In this document: piece after piece, positions 1 through 8,179 of the stretch
Position numbering within the stretch: position 1 is the stretch's first letter
Layout of the letters: each line of letters starts with the position of its first letter
Source: a virus
Reading direction: 5' to 3' (one strand)
DNA length: 64,000 nucleotides
Virus record (IMG/VR): IMGVR_UViG_3300025073_000397
Program-made: the position numbers and the translations under genes
The notes under the pieces: model-generated
What the model was told of the DNA's origin: nothing
Databases searched by the model: none
Seen by the model: only the letters and a program-made list of their open reading frames with translations

Positions 1-1167
1 TTTCAGTAAGGTATCCAAGTTTGTCTGGGCCATAGCCAGATCTCTCTCTTTGCGGCCCAGAGTGTCTTCTACATCTACCACCTCACGAGCCCCGGCCTGG
101 AGTCTGGTGGCCAACCCCCTGACTACATCTCGTGCCTGGATCGCCTTCCTGGCAGAGTCCACAATCTGGTCAAATCGGGCAAAGTCCCCAACAGACCCCA
201 CTCCGGATAATGATACCACTCGTCCACAAGCATCTACCAAGGATACTCTCAGGGCCAAGAGCGCCCCCCGTTCCTGCAGCCACCCTTTGGCTCCAGCTGG
301 TTCGCCCGGTAACCTGACATCGCCCAGACCAGCCAATACATCCACATCCAAAGCAGCCCTCTTGTACTTACTCCCCAAAGCGAGCAAACTGTCTCTATCA
401 CCCAAACTGTATGCAATACTTCGTGCTACAGACTCAGCTGGGACCGAGACGGATGCGATCGGCTCTAGCCTAGTCACTTCCTCACCAGCCCCGTCCAACC
501 TATCCTTCAATCCATGCACGACCAGCAGAGCTACTTCCAACTTCTTGGCATGGGCAGATTGTTTCTCTAAGGTTGCCACAGACTCTAATACACCGTCCAG
601 ACCATCAAATCGAGCCAACTCAGATTCACAGGCAACTGCATCGGTTTCCCTTACTTTGAGGGTCGACACTCTAGAACGTTTATCAGTTTCAGCTGCTTTC
701 AGAGCACGGTTGAGGTGCCCCACCCTATCGACATCCGAGACTGCTTCAGCCAGTACAGATCCTGGCTGGTCCAACAGGAATACGGTCCCGGTCATTTGGG
801 GGGCAACCTGTGGCCACACCTGACGTCCCCCAGCCTGGAACGGTGCCATCCCAAAAGACTGTATCTCTTCAGGGACTTCCTTACCTGAATAGATAGGGTT
901 TCCGCCGTCTATCTTGTACATAGGACGGACGGATGGTCCTTTCTCCCAATAGATGGAACGCCCATCCTCAAAGAACAGCTCCACTATGCACTTTTCTGCA
1001 CCGTGCCGCACAAAACTATGACCGGGAGCATTGGTGAAGACACTTCGGATTGCCCGAAGGGCCGCACTCTTCCCGCTGTTGTTGCTTCCGGTGATCGCCG
1101 TGAGACCGTCGATCTCCAATGTGGAGTCTTTGATGGACTGAAAATTACGGATGCGAACTTTGATCAT
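1..1167 (-). CDS. SMC/SbcC/Rad50-family ATPase, N-terminal part; the gene continues past the window start
   Basis: Minus-strand translation from ATG at 1167 reads MIKVRIRNFQSIKDSTLEIDGLTAITGSNNSGKSAALRAIRSVFTNAPGHSF..., the N-terminal Walker-A block (GxNxSGKS) of SbcC/RecF/Rad50-type ATPases. It has an ATGA start/stop overlap with the upstream recA-like gene. The plus-strand ORF 50..823 is S/T-rich antisense noise. I did not check every codon to position 1 for stops. Confidence 0.5.
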   Translation of the reverse strand, partial: MIKVRIRNFQSIKDSTLEIDGLTAITGSNNSGKSAALRAIRSVFTNAPGHSFVRHGAEKCIVELFFEDGRSIYWEKGPSVRPMYKIDGGNPIYSGKEVPEEIQSFGMAPFQAGGRQVWPQVAPQMTGTVFLLDQPGSVLAEAVSDVDRVGHLNRALKAAETDKRSRVSTLKVRETDAVACESELARFDGLDGVLESVATLEKQSAHAKKLEVALLVVHGLKDRLDGAGEEVTRLEPIASVSVPAESVARSIAYSLGDRDSLLALGSKYKRAALDVDVLAGLGDVRLPGEPAGAKGWLQERGALLALRVSLVDACGRVVSLSGVGSVGDFARFDQIVDSARKAIQARDVVRGLATRLQAGAREVVDVEDTLGRKERDLAMAQTNLDTLLK

Positions 1168-2474
1168 TCTTCTGCCCCATCCTCGGAAGGCTTCTCGTCT
1201 TTCTTTTTCCCTGTAAGCATGGCTTCAAGATCATTGTCGGGGGCTTCTTCTTGCTCTGCACCCTCTTCGTCCTCCTGCTCCCCCATGTACTTCTTGCTTA
1301 AGTCGCTAATGCTCTGTGTCAGCTTCTGTTTCAGGAGATCATAGCCACCAGCCTTCACCAGATGATCCTGAAATGCCTTCCGACCAACCCCCGTGACTTC
1401 TGTGCCATCATCAAGCGACGTGCTGAAAGTAGCCTTGACCTTTTTCACCAAACCGTGAGCCAGAGCCAGCTCAATCACAGAACGGATATCATCAATCCCC
1501 GTCCCCCACCTAAGGTAGAACTCCATCGAATTGCCCTGAGATGAAGAGACCTTACACTTATCCATGTGGATCTTGATCTTGCCCCCAATGACCATGTCCT
1601 CAACCTGTCTGGTCACCGGATTATGCACTTTCCCCCGTTCGCTCTGGACCCGAGTGAGCTTCATACGAGCACAGGAGTAGAATTTCCACACGTCACCACC
1701 CTGTGTAGTTTCCGAAGGCCCTGCACCGAAACCTTTCCTGGTGCCACCCCCACCCGCCTCGATCTTCTGTCGCAGCTGCGAGATGGCAATAATACTAGTC
1801 CCAGTGGTGGCCATGACTCGCTTGAACTTGGGCAGGAATTGTGACCACTTCGATGCAATCAGCCCCGGCCTTGTGTTCCCCAACTCTTCCAGGGACTGCT
1901 CGAAAATCGCCTTGGGGATGGCTGCCCCCACAGAGTCTATCACTATCAGGCTCACATTCTTGGCAGCACCAGCCATAAGAATTCTAAGCCCGTCCTCCAG
2001 GGTATTTGGCTGCATGAGTAGGAACTTGCTGGCGTCCCCCATGGGGACACCCAATGCCAACCCATAGTCAGGCACGATTTCATGTTCATAGTCAAGATAG
2101 ATAACCGTGCCCCCCTGGCGAATGATACTAGCGGATGCGGTCAAAGCTACGGTTGTCTTCCCTGAGGATTCCCTTCCGTACAGGTTGACGATCTTCCCTT
2201 TGGGAAGACCGGGGCAGGGGGACACCCCAAAAACATTAGGCTGGCCTCCTATGATGTAGTCGATGATGAACGACCCGGTAGGCCAGTGGGGGACAGGTTG
2301 TCTGAGTGTGCTGGTATCCAAAGAGACTACCCAGTCATCCGTGGAACCCTTTTTCTTGCCGTCCTCGCCCTTACCCATAGTCTTATCCACGATGGCCAAA
2401 ACCTCTGCCAAGGGTGACCCTGTTTCTACCTTCTTCTTACCGGCCATGACTTTGCCCCCTAAGCTTGTGACCAC
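1164..2474 (-). CDS. recA: RecA-family recombinase
   Basis: 436 aa. Walker A is LYGRESSGKTTVAL, Walker B is LIVIDSVGA, and there is a RecA L2-like region SQLRQKIEAGGGGTRKGFGAGPSETTQGGDVWKFYSCARMKL. The C-terminal tail is acidic (EQEDEEGAEQEE...). Confidence 0.88.
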   Translation of the reverse strand: MVTSLGGKVMAGKKKVETGSPLAEVLAIVDKTMGKGEDGKKKGSTDDWVVSLDTSTLRQPVPHWPTGSFIIDYIIGGQPNVFGVSPCPGLPKGKIVNLYGRESSGKTTVALTASASIIRQGGTVIYLDYEHEIVPDYGLALGVPMGDASKFLLMQPNTLEDGLRILMAGAAKNVSLIVIDSVGAAIPKAIFEQSLEELGNTRPGLIASKWSQFLPKFKRVMATTGTSIIAISQLRQKIEAGGGGTRKGFGAGPSETTQGGDVWKFYSCARMKLTRVQSERGKVHNPVTRQVEDMVIGGKIKIHMDKCKVSSSQGNSMEFYLRWGTGIDDIRSVIELALAHGLVKKVKATFSTSLDDGTEVTGVGRKAFQDHLVKAGGYDLLKQKLTQSISDLSKKYMGEQEDEEGAEQEEAPDNDLEAMLTGKKKDEKPSEDGAEE

Positions 2475-3103
2475 AGAAAGAATCGGTCATCCTCTCGATA
2501 GAGCATCCCCGACTTCCGAACCTCTCCAGCGTGCTTTCCCCGCTGATACGTATGCACCCTCAAGAATTGGTCTCTCTCTACTGGTGTCAATTCATCTATT
2601 GGGAGCACCCCATCCCAAAACTCCCAAAATCTTCCGCTCGCCACTGACACCCAATAAGCATCTGCTTCATTGTGATTGAAAGCAGTAGGGTGATCAGCCA
2701 GATCATGCCCCTTAGCTGCCTCCACCATATCGGGCTTCTTCATCTCCCACCAGTCGGGACGTTGAAGATGAAGTCTGGCATGTGCTTTCACCTGTTTAGG
2801 GGAGAAGAATATCGTGTCCATCTTCTCCCCTTTGAGTGCCTCGCACGAATAGAGAAACAACCCATACATGCCCTCAGAGTAGAGTTCCTTGAACACGGGG
2901 GACTCAATGCCCACCCTATCCGGCTTATGCTGCCGGATAATGCCACGAAGGGACTCTCTCATATGGACATAACGATCCACAAAAGTATCCTTTGCCACCG
3001 TCTGGAACCTTCCCCGGGCTTCGCATCGATTTGTAGACAGACGAGTATTGTGGACAGCCCACCCAAACTGGGTCAGGGATGGATCCAACCCTAATACGCG
3101 CAT
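2459..3103 (-). CDS. RuvC-like Holliday junction resolvase
   Basis: 214 aa. The N-terminus MRVLGLDPSLTQFGWAV is the RuvC motif I; NEADAYWV near the C-terminal third is the catalytic Asp/His region of RuvC/RNase-H-fold resolvases. It overlaps the recA start by 16 nt, so it is operon-packed. Confidence 0.75.
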   Translation of the reverse strand: MRVLGLDPSLTQFGWAVHNTRLSTNRCEARGRFQTVAKDTFVDRYVHMRESLRGIIRQHKPDRVGIESPVFKELYSEGMYGLFLYSCEALKGEKMDTIFFSPKQVKAHARLHLQRPDWWEMKKPDMVEAAKGHDLADHPTAFNHNEADAYWVSVASGRFWEFWDGVLPIDELTPVERDQFLRVHTYQRGKHAGEVRKSGMLYREDDRFFLWSQA

Positions 3104-3137
3104 CGAACGAAGCCCAGGGGGTTAGGGGTTGCCGACT

Positions 3138-3890
3138 CTAGAGATCCCCCAACAACTTATCGGCTTCCAAGTCAACAGCAGACGAGTCCACTGCTGATAC
3201 GGGGCCGACCGGGTTCCCCGAAAGCTTGCGCCGGATTTCATCTGCGGAAAGATCCTTGGCCATGTCTTCCCGGATGGACTCTGCCAACACCCGAATCTTG
3301 TCCTGGAGAGCCTTAAGGATTTCTGCGTGCTGCCCGGTTTCCGATGAGATCAGCTTCCGCAGGATGCTATCCTGACAGGTAGAGAATGCCATCTTCTGGA
3401 ACTGGTTGTCAGTACAAAGGACCCTTACGTCCTTCTCCCCCAGCGGAGTTTCACGATGCAGATTCAGCAGGAACTGATACTTTTCCTTACTCATGAAGAA
3501 GGGAAGCACCCTAATATATTCCTCAGTATCCTTCGCATCCAAGGCCTCCTTCAGGCGCATCTTGTCTACGTCTCCCTTGGAGTTCGTAGGCCACTGGATA
3601 ACTATCGTGGCTGCCATACGCTTAACGTCGGCATTGGCAATCTTCTTGATCTCGGCATTCTTCGCCAGAACATAGCCAACACCTTCAATATATACACGGT
3701 CACAACCCACAAACTTGGGCTTTGTGCTGAAATCCCACTCACCCGTCTCAAAACCGGGCCACCAAGCTAGACTCATGCGATCAGTCCGGCCCTCATTCCC
3801 CTTGTACTTCTCCTTCTTGGTGGAAAAGTCTGTGTCATTCTCACCAAAACTAAATTCGACATACCCACTCTCTTCTTTCTTGTCAGCCAT
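3138..3890 (-). CDS. hypothetical protein (recombination module)
   Basis: 250-aa ORF with no overlap, same strand and tight spacing, and no motif I recognise. Confidence 0.5.
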   Translation of the reverse strand: MADKKEESGYVEFSFGENDTDFSTKKEKYKGNEGRTDRMSLAWWPGFETGEWDFSTKPKFVGCDRVYIEGVGYVLAKNAEIKKIANADVKRMAATIVIQWPTNSKGDVDKMRLKEALDAKDTEEYIRVLPFFMSKEKYQFLLNLHRETPLGEKDVRVLCTDNQFQKMAFSTCQDSILRKLISSETGQHAEILKALQDKIRVLAESIREDMAKDLSADEIRRKLSGNPVGPVSAVDSSAVDLEADKLLGDL

Positions 3891-4008
3891 TGCAACATCT
3901 CCTTTGAAAGTTATTTGGCTCCGTCCTTGGATCTTCCGTCCTTTGACATTGCCACATCCACCCCACCAAAAGCAGGGTCACAAACACAATACTCTATTAG
4001 GACAAAAC

Positions 4009-4890
4009 CTAACCGAGAATTTTGTCCAAATCTTCATCCGAGATCAGAATTGGCTCCTTCACTACAAGGGGGTCCATACTGATCCTGTCTAATAGGGCGT
4101 CCATATCCTGTTCCGACCCAAACCCCACCAGAGCGGCAGGTACGCTTAAACACTCATTGGTGGGGCCAGTGACCCCCGAATCCCCCAAAGAACTACCACC
4201 ATCTAGGGCCTTCGGATCTATCCCAAGCATTCCTTTTGATGCATGCCCATTACTATCTGCCGGAACATCTCCCACTCTCTCGGGAAGGGGCACTTCTTGG
4301 GCCACTTCTTCAATGAGCTTGTCTATTGAATCATACTCAACAGTACTCACGGAAGATGGGGAGATAGCGTTCTTGGAGTCAGCCTTAGACCCCCATCGGG
4401 CACCCAGCCCTAATTCTTGCTGGCAGATAGTCAGCTGATCCCGAATACGACCCTGAATGTCCTTCAGATCGGTTCTCTTTGCTCTGACTACCGTCAACAA
4501 ACTGTCCAGATCGTTGATGGCTACCTCCAATTGGAACATCTCGTCAACTACGGGGCGAAGCTTCGATTTGGCGATTGCCTCCCTATCCGCCACATTCCGC
4601 CCTGCCTTTGTGTCAGGATCATGGACGAACAGATGATCCTTTTGAAGGGAGAACTTTGCCCTGACCGCAGTCAAATCCCGCTGTATCAGATGCCGTAGTC
4701 TGGACGACTCCAGAAAGATCTGCTCCGTGCGAGAGAGAAACTTCCTTACTTGCGCTATTTTACTATTCAGTCTCTTAGGGCCAAATGCAAGCGGGTCATC
4801 GTCCAACTCCACCTGCATACCGATCAACTCATTGTACGCTGCTTTCACCCATTCAGGATCAACTCTGTTGGGTGGTGTCCCCTGTGTCAT
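4009..4890 (-). CDS. hypothetical protein
   Basis: 293-aa ORF, co-oriented, with no motif I recognise. Confidence 0.5.
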   Translation of the reverse strand: MTQGTPPNRVDPEWVKAAYNELIGMQVELDDDPLAFGPKRLNSKIAQVRKFLSRTEQIFLESSRLRHLIQRDLTAVRAKFSLQKDHLFVHDPDTKAGRNVADREAIAKSKLRPVVDEMFQLEVAINDLDSLLTVVRAKRTDLKDIQGRIRDQLTICQQELGLGARWGSKADSKNAISPSSVSTVEYDSIDKLIEEVAQEVPLPERVGDVPADSNGHASKGMLGIDPKALDGGSSLGDSGVTGPTNECLSVPAALVGFGSEQDMDALLDRISMDPLVVKEPILISDEDLDKILG

Positions 4891-5269
4891 TGTCAGTATC
4901 CCCAGTCAACTCGCTCAACAGAATGGAGTAATTAGTCTTTATCCCGTTGATGGTCATGTCCGCTTGCTCAGGGCTAATCACCCCATTAGCTTTAGCATTC
5001 AGATGTGCCGCTACATCCACATGCAACCCCAACAGAACCGTTGCTAGACGAGCTTCTTTGATGGTCATAGCCTGCACAGGAATAGCCGCCTTTTCCAACA
5101 GATCATGCTCATCCTCCACACTCTCGAACTCTGTAGTCCATGCTACAAATGTGTCATCCCCTCGGGTTCGACCCTTCACGCATCGAGATGCCACGATCTT
5201 CGTGACCCGCATTTTCCCTTTGATCGCCTTGAGCATATCTCTCGTTGACTGCTTCATCCTGCGCACCAC
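4859..5269 (-). CDS. hypothetical small protein (doubtful)
   Basis: 136-aa ORF that overlaps the 3' end of the helicase gene by 116 nt and the next gene by 32 nt. Its start is uncertain. Confidence 0.25.
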   Translation of the reverse strand: MVRRMKQSTRDMLKAIKGKMRVTKIVASRCVKGRTRGDDTFVAWTTEFESVEDEHDLLEKAAIPVQAMTIKEARLATVLLGLHVDVAAHLNAKANGVISPEQADMTINGIKTNYSILLSELTGDTDNDTGDTTQQS

Positions 5270-7622
5270 CTACACCCAATACCCCATTCACAAGACGTTC
5301 TCTCAAAAGAGAATTCCGTCTATCCTCTTGATCGTTGGAAACTGCCAGTGCAACCGCTTTCAGACTCCCCACCAGGATCACCTTCTTCTTTGCCCTTGTG
5401 ATCCCCGTGTAGAACAAGTTCCGCTGGAGCTGATGCCGGAAAGATGGCACCACGGGCATAATCACATAGTCATGCTCTTGCCCCTGGACCTTATGAACTG
5501 TCGTTGCAAAGGCCAATCGCACATGAGTCGCCGCAACATGAAAGGGCATCCTTATGACCAGAAGATTAACCCCCTCTATCTCCATCTCCAACATCTTGGA
5601 CTTGAAGTCAATCCCTCGAATCTTGCCAATATCTCCATTGTAGACACCCAGCCTGTAGTCATTCTTGAAGATCATTACCCGATCCGCGACCCTAACCACA
5701 GCATTCCCTATTCTCACCTCCATCTGCCCATGCTGCTTCGGATTCAGCACCTCTCTGAGGACACGATTAAGATTGGTCACACCAACCACACCAGCATGCC
5801 TGGGAGAGAGCACTTGGAATCGCAACTCTCTCTCCGCACATCTACGAGCCAGCTCCACGATAACCTTAGCCGCCTTTTCATCCGTTGATGTCTCCAACAG
5901 GACGAAATCCGATTCATCCAGGGTAGCCCCACACTTGGGGACCCTTCCGTGATAAGTGTCATGGGCGGCAAAGATGATACCCGACGTGTCTTTCTGGCGA
6001 TAGACTTCCGTCAAAGCCACAGACGGAAACTTACCAGATGCCAACATATCCCGAAGAACATTCCCCGGGCCCACCGATGGAAGCTGTGCTGCGTCCCCTA
6101 CGAAAATGATCTTACTAGTGGGGGCCGTACAGTGCAGTATCCGATAGAGCAGCGAGAGATCCAACATACTACTCTCGTCTGCCACTACGAAAGCAGCAGG
6201 ATAGGGATGCTCTGGTGAATAACCCCACTCACTCTTATCCGCCCCAACTGAAATGTTAGAATCCCCAAGAATACCCTCATAAGAATACTCACGAGTTTCT
6301 TCGGACTCCCCTTGCGCCTCAAATGCCCGATGGATCGTAAACGCCTCTGACCCGGTCAGAGCAGACAGTCTCTTGGCCGCAATCCCTGTAGGGGCAATCA
6401 GTAGGTAGGGCATCCCGGTCAACTGAAGTATCCTGACCAGCACCTGCATGGAAAATGACTTGCCCGTCCCGGGTAGTCCAGTCAGAATACTAACTGGATG
6501 GATAAGAGCGTTCGTGATTCCGTCTACTTGCTGAGGAGATAAAGAAACTTTTCGAGCCAGTTCCCAACCATGGACAGCAGTTGTAGCAATCTGCTTAAGA
6601 GACTCAACCTTTGAGTCGGGCGGGACTACCCCACAGTCTACCAATCGCTGTGTGAAATCTTTAACCCCATCTTCAGACCATTGAGCCGTCTGCAGCCGTT
6701 CCAGGAGCATTCTAGCCGCTCCGGACTCCATCTCATGGAGCCACACCTCATAAACTGCCTTGGTCCCCGTGAGCGTCGTCCTGTCCACGTAAACTCGCCC
6801 AACTTTGTGGAGAGCCACCAGTGCTTCCACGAAGGTTCGGTCATCCACACTGGGGACCAACTGTCGGACTTGGGCAAGTAGCATTCCGGTTGTCCCAAAA
6901 CTATGCCCCCCCAACTTCTGCATCTTGGTCGCATGAAGAACGGCCCCTGAGACCCTTTGCAGAGATACCCCACTCAGCCCCAGGTTGGTTGCTATGCTAT
7001 CCGCCTGCTGGAAAGTGAACCCATCCAATTCTGTCAGACGCCAAGGATTCCGTGCAAGGATGCCATCGGCATCCCCCCCAAATTCCGTCCAGATTGAATT
7101 GATCTTGTCTTGGGGAATACCTACCTGAGCCAAAAAGGACAATGTCCTGAGATGTGCTACCGTGGCTACCCAACGAGTTGAGATGTGCTCTGCCAATAGG
7201 GGGGTCAAGTCGGGGGCTTTACTCAGCTCGATGGGGTCTTCAAGCACCCCGGGGAATTTGTCTCCGAAGAACGCCTTGACCCGCAAAAGGAGCAGCTCCC
7301 CCACCCCATTGGAAGAAAGCATTTTGATAGCGGTTTCAGCATCCCACACCGCCTCGAAGATTGGAGCTCTCTTAATCTCCAATTGTCGCCCAAACTTTGG
7401 GTGTGTGACCCACTCCGCATCAAACTTCAGCCACATTCCGGGACGAACATCCAATCCGGGAATGTTCCCCCTTACAGAAGTCTGGACGTCATCAAAAACC
7501 GCCCACTGGGAAGCTACCTCTTGCTTGGGCTGTTCTTTTTCGTCCAATTCCATCTTAAGGACATAGAACGCCTGGGGCACATTCTCATACAAGATGGAGT
7601 CGACACGTCCGGAGAAGATCAT
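5154..7622 (-). CDS. RecD2-like SF1 DNA helicase
   Basis: 822 aa. Walker A is LTGLPGTGKSF, Walker B is VVADESSMLD, motif III is FVGDAAQLPSVGPG, and motif V/VI is TTVHKVQGQEHDYVIM ... TRAKKKVILVG. The N-terminal ~350 aa is unassigned. Confidence 0.85.
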   Translation of the reverse strand: MIFSGRVDSILYENVPQAFYVLKMELDEKEQPKQEVASQWAVFDDVQTSVRGNIPGLDVRPGMWLKFDAEWVTHPKFGRQLEIKRAPIFEAVWDAETAIKMLSSNGVGELLLLRVKAFFGDKFPGVLEDPIELSKAPDLTPLLAEHISTRWVATVAHLRTLSFLAQVGIPQDKINSIWTEFGGDADGILARNPWRLTELDGFTFQQADSIATNLGLSGVSLQRVSGAVLHATKMQKLGGHSFGTTGMLLAQVRQLVPSVDDRTFVEALVALHKVGRVYVDRTTLTGTKAVYEVWLHEMESGAARMLLERLQTAQWSEDGVKDFTQRLVDCGVVPPDSKVESLKQIATTAVHGWELARKVSLSPQQVDGITNALIHPVSILTGLPGTGKSFSMQVLVRILQLTGMPYLLIAPTGIAAKRLSALTGSEAFTIHRAFEAQGESEETREYSYEGILGDSNISVGADKSEWGYSPEHPYPAAFVVADESSMLDLSLLYRILHCTAPTSKIIFVGDAAQLPSVGPGNVLRDMLASGKFPSVALTEVYRQKDTSGIIFAAHDTYHGRVPKCGATLDESDFVLLETSTDEKAAKVIVELARRCAERELRFQVLSPRHAGVVGVTNLNRVLREVLNPKQHGQMEVRIGNAVVRVADRVMIFKNDYRLGVYNGDIGKIRGIDFKSKMLEMEIEGVNLLVIRMPFHVAATHVRLAFATTVHKVQGQEHDYVIMPVVPSFRHQLQRNLFYTGITRAKKKVILVGSLKAVALAVSNDQEDRRNSLLRERLVNGVLGVGGAQDEAVNERYAQGDQRENAGHEDRGISMREGSNPRG

Positions 7623-7629
7623 GGGTGTC

Positions 7630-8157
7630 TCAGTTGGCTTTCAGTCGATTAGCAATGTCTTTGAGAGCGTTTAGGCTCATGCCCTCCACTAGCTGGGGCT
7701 GTCCCTTCAGGGTATCCTGCATCTTGAGCATATCAACAACAGTGGCCATAGCTAATCTACCTGTATGCCCCACCAACTTCTCGAACGGCAATCGGACAAC
7801 TTGCCCTGCATCAGACCGAACCTGAAGGCACCCACTCTCCTCTAGGGTACCTTTTGCCACTACGTTCAGAAGGAAGGCCAGGTCAATGTGATGACCGGCC
7901 GGACAACTCTTTCTGCCCATAGCCTGCCAACGACAACATCCACCACCCCACTTGGTGGGATCAATTGACTCGGGAAGATGATGCATTGAAACTTGAACAT
8001 TCTGCCCTATGAAGGGTTTAACCACTTCCCAGACATTCTGGACTCCCGTCCGATCTTCGACCAATATCGACTCCAAAACGAGTGCGCCGTCTCCTTCCCA
8101 CAACGGCGAGTTGAAAAACCCCTCTAAAAGAATTGCATTGAAACCAGAAGACCACAT
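7630..8157 (-). CDS. hypothetical protein
   Basis: 175-aa ORF between the helicase and the RNR gene, Cys/His-rich (GGGCCRW, CPAGHH). Confidence 0.45.
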   Translation of the reverse strand: MWSSGFNAILLEGFFNSPLWEGDGALVLESILVEDRTGVQNVWEVVKPFIGQNVQVSMHHLPESIDPTKWGGGCCRWQAMGRKSCPAGHHIDLAFLLNVVAKGTLEESGCLQVRSDAGQVVRLPFEKLVGHTGRLAMATVVDMLKMQDTLKGQPQLVEGMSLNALKDIANRLKAN

Positions 8158-8179
8158 TGAATCACCTCCAGAAACACCA

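Noticed and set aside
50-823. 257-aa plus-strand ORF rich in S/T/P/A
   Set aside because: Low-complexity composition typical of the antisense frame of a real gene. The minus strand here encodes an SbcC/Rad50-like N-terminus with a clear Walker A.
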